The notes: generated by a model from the sequence alone, not told the origin. DNA of 50,671 bases from Basidiobolus meristosporus CBS 931.73 (GCA_002104905.1 MCFE01000640.1:1-50671), one strand, 5' to 3'; shown: positions 23,960-36,305, numbered from the stretch's first letter. Translations and numbers: made by a program.

Positions 23960-25342
23960 TTAGCGGACAAACTTGTTCTTGACGCTGTCCAAAGGAATCT
24001 GCTCGTGGAGATAGTGCTTGTCGTTCTCACCGACCCCGTAGGAGCCTGCGGTTTGGCCGTTTCCGTACAATCTGTACTTATAGATCATCAATCCCTCCAA
24101 ACCAACGGGTCCACGGGCGTGTGTCTTGTTGGTGGATACGCCTATCTCCGCACCAAATCCGTATCTGAATCCGTCAGCGAAGCGGGTGGAGGCGTTCCAG
24201 TAGGCGCCAGCGGCATCCACCTTGGTCATGAACAATTCGGCAGTCGGGGCGTCTTCGGTGATGATGCATTCGGTGTGCTTCGAGCCGTGGGTGTAGATGT
24301 GGTCGATCGCCTCGTCCACCGACTTGACCACCTTCACCGCCATGGTGAGGTCCAAGAACTCGGTGTCGTAATCCTCCTCCACGGCGGGGATCACCTTACC
24401 ACCTTCCACCTGCTTGAGCACTTGGTAGGATTTTTCGTCAGCATGGAGCTCAACTCCCTTGGCGAAAAGTCCCTTGGCAATGGCTGGGAGGTGGCTCTCC
24501 ACCACATCCTCATGGACCAACAAAGTCTCCGCCGAGTTACAGGCCGCTGGGTAGTTGGTCTTGGAGTCAACCACCAGATCGACCACCTTGTTGAGGTCGG
24601 CTTGCTTGTCGACATACACCGAACATAAACCATCGGCGTGTCCCAAAACCGGGATGCGTGTGGAGTCCTGGATGTAGCGAACCAAGGAGCCGGATCCACG
24701 AGGGATGACGATGTCGATGTATTTATCTTGGTCCAAGAGGGAGGCGATCTCTTCGCGAGAGGACACCAATTGAACTGCACTAGGAGGAATGGACAGTTCC
24801 GCGGGGAGGGACTCCAACGCAGCTCTTAAGGCCTTGTACAGGGCGGTCATGGTATGAATGGCCTCTTTGCCACCCTTGAGGATAACGGCGTTACCGGACT
24901 TGAGGGCCAGCGCGGAGATGTTCACGATCACCTCAGGACGGGCCTCGAAGATAACCAACATCACACCAACGGGGACGGCGACACGATACAGATCCAGGCC
25001 GTTGTCCAGACGGGTGGCAAGAGAAACCTGTCCAGAAGGATCGGGAAGGGAGTCCACCTCGGCAACCCCCTTCAACATGGTGTCGAACTTGGAGCCGTTG
25101 GGGCCCTCGATATCCAAACGCTTGAAGAGGGAGGCGGAAAGCTTCCCGGCTGCCACTTCCTTCTCGGCGTTGGCCCTGTCCAGGGCGTTCGCCTTAAGGA
25201 TGTCTTCCTTGGCGTTCTTGATGTACTCTTGGATGCGGCTTAAAGCGGCGGACTTGTGGGCAGCAGTGATGCCTTGTAGGGATTTCGAAGCCTCACGGGC
25301 TTGCTTGGCGATCTCTACTGCGGTGAGGTTTTGGCTACTCAT
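23960..25342 (-). CDS. PRO2: Gamma-glutamyl phosphate reductase (proline synthesis), 460 aa
   Basis: IFEARP, NAVILKGGKEA, PRGSGSLV, YPAACNSAETLL, NASTRFADG, GAEIGVST, HARGPVGL; start placed at MSSQN (25342), TATAAATA at 25444-25451. Confidence 0.93.
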   Translation of the reverse strand: MSSQNLTAVEIAKQAREASKSLQGITAAHKSAALSRIQEYIKNAKEDILKANALDRANAEKEVAAGKLSASLFKRLDIEGPNGSKFDTMLKGVAEVDSLPDPSGQVSLATRLDNGLDLYRVAVPVGVMLVIFEARPEVIVNISALALKSGNAVILKGGKEAIHTMTALYKALRAALESLPAELSIPPSAVQLVSSREEIASLLDQDKYIDIVIPRGSGSLVRYIQDSTRIPVLGHADGLCSVYVDKQADLNKVVDLVVDSKTNYPAACNSAETLLVHEDVVESHLPAIAKGLFAKGVELHADEKSYQVLKQVEGGKVIPAVEEDYDTEFLDLTMAVKVVKSVDEAIDHIYTHGSKHTECIITEDAPTAELFMTKVDAAGAYWNASTRFADGFRYGFGAEIGVSTNKTHARGPVGLEGLMIYKYRLYGNGQTAGSYGVGENDKHYLHEQIPLDSVKNKFVR

Positions 25343-26188
25343 TTTTCGAGGGGTAAGGAAGATTATGCGCTGTTCTATGTTACAAAGGAACGTACGAAGT
25401 TCTGCTTTGTGATGACGAGGATCTGTCACGGGGGAGACGGGAGTATTTATAGGGGGGCAGGGTTTTTTTGGCTCCTGCCCTCATTCAATGGTGATCCCCA
25501 ACCCTAACCCTACCGAATCGCTAGCCTTGGCGCATTTGGTAACCGTGATGACAACAAACTGGTCATCCGATTTCCAATTTAAGAAAGCCCATGAAGACAT
25601 CTTCCAGAGATCCATCGTCATCATGACCTTTCAATCTGTTGATGAGATACCATTCGATTCCGTTCGTATCCCCCGAGCATGCGACCTTCATCAGCCAGTG
25701 TGCAGAGGAGTGGTTACAACACCTGGGGTCAGGGTAAGGGGCCAGGAATTCATTGGACCATGATCCATGTCGGCCGGTTTGATCTGAACCCTCGCAACCC
25801 TAATCCTAATCCCGGATCAGATTCAACTCGAATATCGTTCCTAGTGCCACGCCATGCCAACCCGCACACCACTGATCACCTCACCATCACACTATTCTCC
25901 ATGGCTTTGGCATCACCACACCTGTCCACTGCTCAATCGTCATCAGGACATCTGGTTTGTTTCTGGTGCGATTCTGGCCTCACTGGACTGTCCCCCCACC
26001 ACACAGCCAATCCCGCTAACACAACATCGACCGAGCCGCTTTGACCAACCTGTATCACTTCAGGTACCTCCGCATCAACCGGGTAGCCGGTGGCTTAGGT
26101 TCGATCGAGCCTCGAGGATAAATAGTAGAGAAGCGAAGTAACGGCCAACCACATCCCACTTTCGCAGCAGACCCTTCAGATCAAGAAA

Positions 26189-27079
26189 ATGCCCATTTCC
26201 ACCGCCGACTTCGAGAGCCCCGCCTACCGTTGGGTCCCGGTCAAGAACGGGGAGATCCCAACGGGTCAGGCGCTGAATGTCTCCGAGACTTACTACGTCG
26301 GCCGTACGAACCACCCGGACAATGGGGAGCTGGTCTACGGCACCGCCGCCTCCGACACCAAGAAGTTGTGGTACCCATGGGGTGGTGTCGAACATACCGC
26401 CACTAATTACGAGACGCTGGTACTCTCGGAAGGAAGCGAAGCCGTCTGGATCCCCACCCAAGCCCCCCAGGTGCCCGCCGGAGCGGTCGGGGATGATGGT
26501 ACCTACGTCGGCAGAGCCAATGTGGGTGGTAGACTGATCCCAGGGAAGTACATTCCCTACAAGTGGGGAGGGAAGTTCTTCGTCGCCCTACACGGCAAGG
26601 AGCATGAGTTGACCGATGGATTTGAGGTGCTGGTGGTCAAAGCCAAACCCTACACCTGGATCCCAGTGGAGAACGGGGAGATCCCAACCGGGGCCGCCCT
26701 GAACGTCTCCGAAACCTACTACGTGGGACGTACCCGTCATCCTGGGAACGATGAACTGGTCTACGGGACCGCCGCTTCGGATACCAAGAAGCTGTGGTAC
26801 CCTTGGGGACAGCAGGAACACGCCGTCAGCAACTACGAGGTCCTCTCCATCGGTCAGGGCTACGAGGCCCGCTGGGTCGCGGTGCGCGCGCCCGAGCTCC
26901 CCGAAGGGGCGCTCGGCGAAGAGGATATCTATGTCGGTCGCACCCACATCGGTGGTAGATTGATCCCTGGGAAGTACATCCCCCACCAATGGGGAGGGAA
27001 GTTCTTCGTCGCCCTACACGGCGAGGAGCACGAGTTAACCGATGGCTTCGAGGTGTTGGTGATCGAGTCCGTCTATTAA
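26189..27079 (+). CDS. DM9-repeat (DUF3421) protein, four repeats in two duplicated halves, no signal peptide
   Basis: W..G.IP, YVGR, IPGK and EVL repeat motifs; the two ~143-aa halves are highly similar. Confidence 0.85.
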   Translation: MPISTADFESPAYRWVPVKNGEIPTGQALNVSETYYVGRTNHPDNGELVYGTAASDTKKLWYPWGGVEHTATNYETLVLSEGSEAVWIPTQAPQVPAGAVGDDGTYVGRANVGGRLIPGKYIPYKWGGKFFVALHGKEHELTDGFEVLVVKAKPYTWIPVENGEIPTGAALNVSETYYVGRTRHPGNDELVYGTAASDTKKLWYPWGQQEHAVSNYEVLSIGQGYEARWVAVRAPELPEGALGEEDIYVGRTHIGGRLIPGKYIPHQWGGKFFVALHGEEHELTDGFEVLVIESVY

Positions 27080-27204
27080 ACCTCGCACGGGGACCCCTTA
27101 TACCATCCATAACCCATTGGTTCCCTGTCCACATTAGTCTCCCCCTGCCCCATGTCATGTCCCCGGCCAGCCAGGCTATGGGAGTCCCCCTTCCCCCAGC
27201 AAGT

Positions 27205-27316
27205 AAAGATTGAACCGTAATATAATGTTACTGCAAATGGGAATAACATTATTATTTCCAGATCAAATACTATGAATAATATTGCTACTAAGAAGTAATG
27301 GATTGAGAATTTTTCT
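27205..27316 (-). pseudogene. nad3: Nuclear copy of a mitochondrial nad3 fragment (NUMT)
   Basis: AT-rich ~110 bp island encoding [31 protein letters not shown], the conserved ND3 core. Confidence 0.8.
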
Positions 27317-27846
27317 CCGGCATCCCCCCCCTCCAAAGATCAGATCCGGTAATAAAATCGTTCTCGAGGATTTTCATCATCCAGCCCCTCGTTAATCCCC
27401 TCGAGTGACGCCCCATGGAACCTTGAACTCCTATGGTGTTACTTGATTACATGGTACATGCACTGTAAACTGCAAGACTGATCCTTACCCAGAATATGGG
27501 CCGTCATCGAGCCTCATCCGAGGTGACGTCATCCGCCCATGGGAGTTCGAAATGGCAGCGGTGCAGTCGCCAGGTACCCCAATTCCTTGGGCATTGCTAC
27601 CGGAACCCTTCGCTCGCCTCCACGTCAGGTCCGAGGGCCCCCACGAACATCCACCTTGACGGTCACCGGCACACCATACTTGACGCGGTGGCATAGGGCG
27701 TGACATCACCCCAACGGGAATCCTGATGGTCTAGGTACCGCAACCATCCATCGGGATCGGCCAGACCGGTTTTCTCACGCATGCATATGGCATTCAACCG
27801 CAATAGACTTACTAGAGGTGGTTACATGGATCCTCCAGCTGATTAC

Positions 27847-28800
27847 TGTCGTAAACATCGTAAATACACCCAAACATCCACCTAACCCGGCCACTTAGAT
27901 CATTGCCTACAGATCCTGGAGAATTCAGACCAGATCCCTTGTTGGGACCCGCTTGGACTATTTTCACCGAAATATCAGGTATACAGTACACAGTACATGA
28001 AAATTCCCGAAGTTGGCCAAACCGTGCCAAACTTTGCACACATGCTCTTGGGACCTTCCTGAGCATGTTCTACGGGGGTTTTTTTTGGTCAAGACCATGT
28101 AGAAGTATAAATACCACTTTTCCACTCAGTAAATCATCAAGTGAAAACCTTGTGATCCACTTGTTCCCCCAATCACTTCCAATATCTCCAGACTCTTACA
28201 ATAGGCCATGCGCCTCAATAGGTCCCTCTCTGAGTTGCTTACCACCGCTATTATTGGAATTTTCCCCTCTGCTGAAAAGGTGGATGGATTTAACTACCAT
28301 GTCTGGAAGGTGAAGATGAGCATGCTGCCACAGGAAAGAGGTCCTTGGGATATTCTTGTGGGAAAAGAATGTCCTCCTAATGGTGTAGGCGAAGAAGTCT
28401 TAAGGCACCAGAAGAAAGAACAAAGCACCTTTGACTGCATGTATCTCAATGTCAATCACACATTGCTAGTTCAACGCTCAAAAGCAAAAAGGGCCAAGAA
28501 TGCTTGGAGGGCATCAGAACACTGCTTACCATCATACTCAGCTGCAAAGAAGATGTGTCTTTGACAAAAGGTCTTTACCGCAGAGATGCTTCCAGGAGAA
28601 GAATTGAATAGCCTAATTTGAAGAGGTACCCTGTTGGTTGACAAGATGGGATCAGTTTGTGTACAAACCAATGCCACAGATGTCATAGTTGGAAAGAAGA
28701 TCTTATGCAAATGACAACATTTGAAATGTTGCCAGAAGCAACAAAACACTATATTAAAAGCATTTTTGAGTTGACATGCATTCCCATTGCAATCCTCCAG
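27847..28800 (+). mobile_element. Copia 5' LTR (27847-28203) plus degenerate gag fragment
   Basis: LTR homologous to the other copies; gag SAEKVDGFNYHVWKVKM...WDILVG with stops downstream. Confidence 0.8.
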
Positions 28801-29277
28801 TTCTAAGAAATTGTGAACAGACATATCAAATTTTACCTATTTATACAAAAACTACCATCACAAGACTCAAATCCCAGGACCTAGAGGTCTAGATGCTGTT
28901 AGGAGACTATGCAAAGACTAGTACAAAAGGTTTGCACCATATATTCCTTAAAAAGCTTGGGCAAAGGTTTTCATCCCAGTGGCACCTAGGCTGGTTTTGA
29001 CTATTTCACTGCCATTTTTCTCACTTTCAGATTCTGGACACTCATTTGTCCCCCACATATGTGTACATAGATGGGCTGTTGCTTTTTTTCATATTTCTTA
29101 CTTACTTACTTGACCAGTGCCCTTACTTTTCATCCATTCAAATTGGTATAATTCCATTGAGTCTTCCAATGTAACTCAACTGCTGTACTGACATTTGCAA
29201 GTCTATACTCAATACCTGTTGCAAGCACCTTGGAGATGTTGGAAGTGATTAGGAGGACAAATAGATTATATGGTTTC

Positions 29278-29713
29278 TGTTGAAAAGTGTTTAATCCCAC
29301 TCAAATATACACCTAACTTGGTCAATCAGATCATTGCCTACAGATCTTAGAGAATACTCACCAAATTCCTTCTCAGATTTACTCAGAATATCTTAACCAA
29401 TTATCAAGTACCCAGAACATGGAAGTACTCAAGGTTACCCAAAAAGCCCTAACTTTGCACACATGTTCTTTGGATCTTTTTAAGCATATTTTATGTGTTT
29501 GTTAAGCCAAGACCATGTAAAAGTATAACCACCACTTTTTCATTCAATAAATCACTAAGTGAAAGCCACATCATCTGCTTGTTCTCCCAATCACTTTCAA
29601 TATCTTCTAGACTCTGACAACAGGTCATGGGCCCCAAGCTGTCACTCTCTGCAATGTCCACTACTGCTATTACTGGAATTTTTCCCCCTGCTGAAAAGTT
29701 GAATGGATCTAAC
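29278..29713 (+). mobile_element. Copia 5' LTR (29278-29622), PBS and gag start, interrupted at 29714
   Basis: tgttg...acaaca followed by ggtcatgggcccc and PAEKLNGSN. Confidence 0.8.
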
Positions 29714-30249
29714 TGTTATAATTATTTACTTGTCACCTAAATATTGATACCAACATAGTCACCAAGATCTTGTTCTGTGATTAGCATCTCATCCTGACCA
29801 AAGTACTTGTTGGGATTTACTTGGAAAAAATTTATCAAATTATCAGGTACCCATATGACTGCTGTAAGAGTCTTTGAGATAGTGGAAGTGATTGGGAGAA
29901 CAAGTGGATTAAGTGGTTTTCACTCAATGATTTATTGAATGTAAAGTAGTATTAATACTTTTACATGGTCTTGGCATAGCAAACATAAAAAATCCGTTTA
30001 GGATGGTCCCAAGATCATATGTGCAAAGTTTGGGGCTGTTTGGACAACTTTGAGAACTTTTGTGCTCAGGGTACCTAATATTTTGGTGGAAATATTTAAA
30101 GTAAATCCCAACAAGGATTTTGGTCAATATTCTCTAGGATTTGAAGGCAATGATCTAAGCATATAGTTCAGGTGAGGATATAGGTGGAACTACAAATATT
30201 AATAACACTGCCATTCAAATAAGTGTTCATACTAACTAGTCCTAATTCT

Positions 30250-32831
30250 GACCAAAGAAATTCAAACTTGTCTCTAGCCAATGCCTTTGTGAATATATCT
30301 GCAATCATTTCATCAGTAGGACAGTAAGCTAAGTTAACCAAGTTATTCTCTGTAACTTCACTTATGAAATGGTGTCTAATATCTATGTGCTTAGTTCTAG
30401 CATGAAAAGTTGGATTTTACCTAATTGTATACATCCTTGATTATCCTGAAATAAAGCAATAGGCATTGTTTGACATTTGCCTAAATCTTTAAAAAGCTTC
30501 CTTAGCCACATTGCCTCTTTTGTAGCTTTACAGGCTGTCATGCAGTCTATCTCTGTGGTATAAAGTGCAAAGGTTGGTTGGGTTCTTGAGTTCCATGAAA
30601 TTGCTCCTTTACAGTAAAGAAAGGTGTATCCTGTGGTGGATCTTCTGTGTTTCAAATTTTGTCCCCAAACAGCATCAGAGTATTCCACAAGATCCTGTTC
30701 TGAATCTTCATAAGTTTAACTTAAGTAGATATCAGCAGTTCCTTTTAGGTATCTAAAAATCCACTCAACTCCTGCAATATGATCAGATCCATAGTTCTGA
30801 TTACACTGGCTGACAACTCCCACTGGATATTAGATATCTGGACATGTTCTAAGCATGATATACATCAGACTGCCAACCATAGATTTATAATGAAAGCAGG
30901 GCTTCCAGATGGCACCAGGCACTCTTGATTGGTTGAGTTTTAACCAAGTTAAGGTTTGACTCCATTGGGGTAGCTGCTGGTTTACAGTTGTTGATTTGGT
31001 ACTTCCTTAGTATATCTTGAATATACTTGGACTGGCTTAGGGCTATAGTCTGGGTACTTCTGTCTATGAAGAACTTTATCCCTAAGTAGTAACTGAGCTC
31101 TCCTAGATCAGACATCTTGAACTCCTTAGATGGGCTGGATTTAGTCTCTTTCAATGTTTCTAGGTTATTGGTGACTATAAAAAAAGCATCCACATATATA
31201 GCTAATAGAACTGGATCTGCTCTATCTGGCTCAGGGTAGATACTCTACTCAGCATTACTTCTTTTGAAACTCAAAGATTCCAAATAAGAATCTATTTTGT
31301 AATTCCAGGGTCTTGGTGATTGTTTGAGTCCATTTAGTGACTTTTTAAGCTTGCAGACCAAATGGGGGTTGTCTTGGTCAGCGAACCTGTCTGGCTGGTC
31401 CATATATATGTCCTCATCAAGTTCTCCATTCAAAAATGCAGTTTTTACATTATTCAATGTACAAAAACTTATATTTGGCTGCAATAGCCAATATCAATTT
31501 TATGGAATTAAGCTTGGCTACTGGTGCAAAGGTCTCAGTGTAGTCAAGTCCTTTTGTTTGAGGGTATTCTTTGGCCACAAGTCTTGCTTTGTATCTTTCA
31601 ATTGTACCATCAGCCTTGTATTTTGTCTGAAACACCCACCTGCATTCAATCAATTTTTGGTTGATTGGTAGTTTGACCAAGTCCCAAGTTTGATTTTCTA
31701 CTAGGGCCTGATGTTCCTCAGTCACTGTAGATCTCCAAAACTTTGTCTGAGAGCTGTTGAAGGCCTCTTCTACAGTCTGGGGCTCATTAATATGGACTGA
31801 ATAAGCATAGGCTAAGTTTGTACCCTCATTAATACAGTAATTTGGGCTATTTCTTGTCTGGTTCAATTTCTGGGCAATTGATGCTGGAATGAGAACTTCT
31901 GGGATATTCCTGGGCAGCAATTCAGGCTGAACCATGGTTGTAGAGTCCTCTGGAGGGAAAAAACTTTCATTTTTGGCTCTGATTCAATCCTGACAATTGG
32001 TATACTTGAGATTGTATATTTGTCACCATCTGATGACATTGTTTGAGAAACTTGAGTTTTCATCAAACAGCACATCCCTGGACATGATCAGCTTCTTTGC
32101 TTTGGTATTGCAGAGTCTGTATGAATTACTCTCATTGCAGTAGCCCAATAATATAAATTTTGCACTTTTTGGCTCATATTTTGACTGATTTCTGGGCAGT
32201 TTCTTGGCATATGCTGTACACCCCAATATTCTTAGATATTCTGCACTTGGTATGTATCCATACCATGCCTTGAATGGAGTAGAATAACAGAGTATTCTGG
32301 TATAACTCCTATTTTTAAGGTATACAGCTATAGCAACTAATACCACCCAAAAACTGTAGGATACTTTTTGATCATGGATCATTGATCTTGCCATATCAAC
32401 TATTGATCTGTTTGCACATTTTGCTACCCCATTCTGCAGTGGGGAGTATGCTACAGTAGTCTCTTGCTTTATCCCATCAATTTTGCAGAAGTAGAAGATA
32501 GGTATGAGGTATATTTTCCACCATTGTCCAAGCAGATTTTCTTAATTTTTTAACCAGTCTCTCTCTCCACCATGGCTTTAAGCTCCCTGAGCTTAGACAG
32601 AGCTTCTTTCTTTCTCTCTATGAAGTAGACCCACAGGTATCTTGTATAATCATCAATTACAGTGATTAAATACTACATCCCACTTAATGATAAATTTTGC
32701 ATAGGTCAACACACATCTGGGTGAGTTAAATCTAATCTTTTCTTAGTATTAGTTAACCCAGAGCTCTTGAATAGTTGTCTGGCTTGTATCCTATATATGT
32801 AGGCCTCACAATGCTCCAAACTAGCTGGGGG
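30250..32831 (-). pseudogene. Copia integrase-RT-RNase H remnants
   Basis: IDDYTRYLWVYF, TPLQNGVA, KKLPRNQSKYEPKSAKFILLGY, TFAPVAK, YLGIKF, STTGY; many stops and frameshifts. Confidence 0.9.
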
Positions 32832-32835
32832 ATAA

Positions 32836-33612
32836 AATTTACTCTGGAAATATGAAATTAATTGTAATATCGTTTGGTTAATTCTGTATTTGGCTGTTAT
32901 TTTGATAAATGCACTTTGTTGGATAATTAATCATAAACTTAAATGTTGCAAATCTTTGCAAGTTTTGTTAAATCCATGTTGGTATGATGGAAGTTACAAA
33001 TATGGACTAATTTTTATGTTATTATTGGTGTATATATTTTGTTGTGGTTATCAAAAGGAATTGGGTTTTATATGGTTTATTTTTTATTATATGCATTTTG
33101 CATGTAGTTTAGTAGCTATATACGCAATGTTTTTTTGCAAATTTATTACTTTAAATAAGTATAATTTGCCTATATTAAATAGTATTAACTGGGATATTAA
33201 AATCTCTTATTCTGATGAGGTCAAATTTGGTAGCACTAATATTAAAAACATAGAACGCCTTAGACTTTATGTGGACGCTTATTTATCTGGAAAATATGAT
33301 TATCCAGACAAATATAAACAACAATTTAGACAAAAGTTTAATAATTTAAAACATAAGTTCGATCAAGAATACAACCAGAATGCTGGGCATGAAATAAATT
33401 ACGTATTAAAGCAACAATTGGAACAAAATTTACAAAATGTAAATCAGGAATACAAAAAGTTTGAACGTAATTTAACAACTATAGAACAGTAACACAAACA
33501 AGAAATTCTTGAACAGGAATCCAAACTTTTTAATTTTAAATACATCAAACGTTTATCTGATAACAAACTCAAAGAATTTAAAAATATATTTATGTCTGCA
33601 ATTATATTTTAG
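32836..33612 (+). pseudogene. Insert ORF A: 5'-truncated membrane plus coiled-coil protein; in-frame TAA at 33490-33492
   Basis: Hydrophobic N-terminal helices; the frame continues past the stop as HKQEILEQESKLFNFKYIK...KEFKNIF, homologous to the ORF B C-terminus. Confidence 0.65.
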
Positions 33613-33697
33613 ATATTATAGATGTGATAAAATTATTGTTTTTTGTCAAAATTTACATCTTGATGTTTAAAAAAGTTAATTCGGAAAAAGTTTTAAT

Positions 33698-33801
33698 TTT
33701 GATTTTTAATATTTAAATTTGGTTTTTGATATTTGATTTTTAAATTTTAAATTTGGTTTTTGATATTTGATTTTTAAATTTTAAATTTGGTTTTTGATAT
33801 T
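33698..33801 (+). repeat. Three tandem 34-bp T-rich units
   Basis: ggtttttgatat recurs at 33721, 33755 and 33789. Confidence 0.85.
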
Positions 33802-34063
33802 TAATAATTAAACTTGATATTTGAAAAATGTTTTTTAAAAAAGTTTAAATCTTAATGCAAAAAATTATTTCGGGTTTAATGCCAAAAAATGTACAAATAA
33901 TATAGCAAGAAATTATTAATTCCATTTACGCAAATAAATCAAATACAATTAACTTATTGATGTCAACATTTATGTTATAATATTAATAATACAAAAAAAC
34001 CCTTTCTCAATGTGAGAATTAAGTTACAAAATTGGACAATTGTGTTGAAGATATATTTATATA

Positions 34064-35008
34064 TTGTATATACCACTTTTATACAATCAAATATTTTACT
34101 CAGGCGGATCTGCTAAACACACATATATTGCATGTTTTGTAATTATTGCGTTTTTGATTTTAATAAATGCAACATGTTGGATTATTAATTTTAAAATTAA
34201 ACGCAGAAAGTATTTGCAGGTTTGGTTGAATCCAAGTTGGTATGATAGCAATAAAAAATATGCAATAATAGTGTGTTTGTTACTATTACCAATAATATGG
34301 CGTTTTTTTTGAACAGAATTAAAGAAAAACAAGACTATTATTTGTTATTTGCACTTTGCAATGATATTACTAACTATTATAACCAATCTTGATTTTAGTA
34401 AACCAGAAAGGTGTAATTTATATGTTTTAAATAACATTAAATGGGATATTAAATTATTGCTTAGGGATGGATTTTATTATAACAACAGTAATATATTTAA
34501 TATAATAAATCTCAAAGATTACGTAGGAACTCTTTTATTAATCAATGAATTAAATAATAAATACACCGATAATTTTATACAAAATTTAAAAATTAATTTT
34601 GACCCACAATTAAAAGAGAAATTGGATACGTTGGAGTATGATTTAATTTGGGCTAAACAAGAATCAAAAAGGGTGTTGCAAAAATATGAAGAAGATTTAA
34701 AATACAGATTAAAACTTAAAATGGACAAACAAAGATCAAGGCAAAGATTAGATAGGATACAACAAGAGTTGAAAGGATTGGTCTGGAATTTTAACAAAAA
34801 TATGGAACAAAAACCTGAACAAAAAATTTTACAGCAGTTTGGAAACTTAAGATGCAAATTAGATAGATTAAAAGAAATATTAGAAAAGAAATCCAAGTGT
34901 TTTGAGATTAGATATATAAAACATTTCTCTAACGATGAACTAAAGGAGTTCAAAAATATATTTTTAGATGATGAAACATTAGATGAAGTTAAAATAGGAT
35001 GCAATTAA
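34064..35008 (+). pseudogene. Insert ORF B: paralog of ORF A; single in-frame TGA at 34310-34312
   Basis: ORFs 34064-34312 and 34349-35008 share one frame; LINA.CWIIN, LNP.WYD, MHFA, LN.I.WDIK and KEFKNIF shared with ORF A. Confidence 0.7.
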
Positions 35009-35408
35009 ACAAATATTTTGCATTAAAAAAATTGGGATGAATAAAAATAAATTTTTGGTAAATAAGTTATTATGTTTGAATTAAAAAGATTTTTTGTATG
35101 ATTAAGTTTTGGGTTTAGAGTATTTGTTTAAGTTTTTTGGGATGACAAAGTTGAGATCTTGATGTTTAAAAAAGTTAATTCGGAAAAAGTTTTAATCTTG
35201 ATGCTTAAATTAAGTTTTTGATTTTTGATTTTTAATATTTAATATTAAAATTTGGTTTTTGGAAAATGTTTTTTAAAAAGGTTTGAGTCGGGTTAAGAAT
35301 ATTGTTTGATTGTTGTATATAATAACATACAATTTTTACGAAACTTAAAAAAAAATTTCTTGCATTCTTACAGACGTTGAAGTTGCAGAAGTAAATACAG
35401 ATCTTACT

Positions 35409-35762
35409 TTGAATGCGTTAACGTTTTTGAACAAAGATCTTTTTAATATGATATCTTTGTCTACTAATAGTGTTGTTACAAATGGATCATGCCAAGGATA
35501 TAATTATTTTGGTTATTTAAACTACAACAATAATACAAATATAAATATTTTGCAAAACAAGACTTTTGAAGCAATTAATTTGTGTTCAACAAATGGTTCT
35601 ATGTATTGTTCTGCCCAATGTAGTTATATCAACTTTATAAATACAAAAATGTATACAAATATTACAACTCTGGGTAGGAATTGTGTATTTCCAATTGGGT
35701 CAAGCAGTTCTAAAATAACTATAAACGGGTTGTTTATAATGTTAATTGGCATTATGATTTAA
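35409..35762 (+). CDS. Insert ORF C: Cys/Asn-rich glycoprotein-like fragment with hydrophobic tail
   Basis: Five N-X-S/T sequons, five Cys, SSSS then TINGLFIMLIGIMI; frame open from 35349 with no clear initiator, so probably 5'-damaged. Confidence 0.45.
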   Translation: MNALTFLNKDLFNMISLSTNSVVTNGSCQGYNYFGYLNYNNNTNINILQNKTFEAINLCSTNGSMYCSAQCSYINFINTKMYTNITTLGRNCVFPIGSSSSKITINGLFIMLIGIMI

Positions 35763-35879
35763 AACTGGTTAAAAAAAAATAAACAAAATATACATTAGAA
35801 TAAAAACATAGATTAAAAAAATCTGGACTAAAAGTCTGGAGAAAACTTTTTTATTTGTCAAAGTTTAGTCAAAAAAGTT

Positions 35880-36305
35880 TTGCGTGATGACAAAGTTTAG
35901 ATCTTGAAAAGAGTTTGGCGGGAAGACTAAACTAAAATCTTGAAAAAGTTTAGTCGAAAAAAGGTTGCGTGATGACAAATTTTTTTAAAAAGAGTTTTGC
36001 GTGATGACAAAGTTTAGATCTTAAAAAAAGTTTGGCAGGAAGACTAAACTAAAATCTTGAAAAAAGTTTGGTCAAGAAAGTTTTGCGGGATGACAAAGTT
36101 TAGATCTTGAAAAAGGTTTGGGTCAAGAGAGTTTGGGAGTAGAAAGATTAAGTTTGGTCAAGAAAGTTTTGCGGGATGACAAAGTTTAGATTTTGAAAAA
36201 AGTTTGGTCGAGAAAGTTTTTTAGGATGACAAAGTTTTAATCTTGATGTTTAAAAAAGTTTTTTAAAAAGTTTTCATGATGATAAAGTTTGGATCTTGAA
36301 AAAGA
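35880..36305 (+). repeat. Array of at least 7 copies of gatgacaaagtttagatcttgaaaa with related spacers
   Basis: Copies near 35886, 35970, 36003, 36089, 36175, 36225 and 36278, plus a dispersed copy near 35140. Confidence 0.85.

Noticed and set aside
25498-25812. Telomere-like aaccct/aatcct runs
   Set aside because: Only two to four imperfect units in a promoter region; chance or microsatellite
9898-27213. Many overlapping ORFs antisense to or inside the permease, deacetylases, CCT5, PRO2 and DM9 genes
   Set aside because: Shadow frames of GC-rich coding sequence with no motifs
35880-36305. Repeat-spacer pattern resembling a CRISPR array
   Set aside because: Spacers are related to each other and vary widely in length, repeats are degenerate, and no cas genes are present
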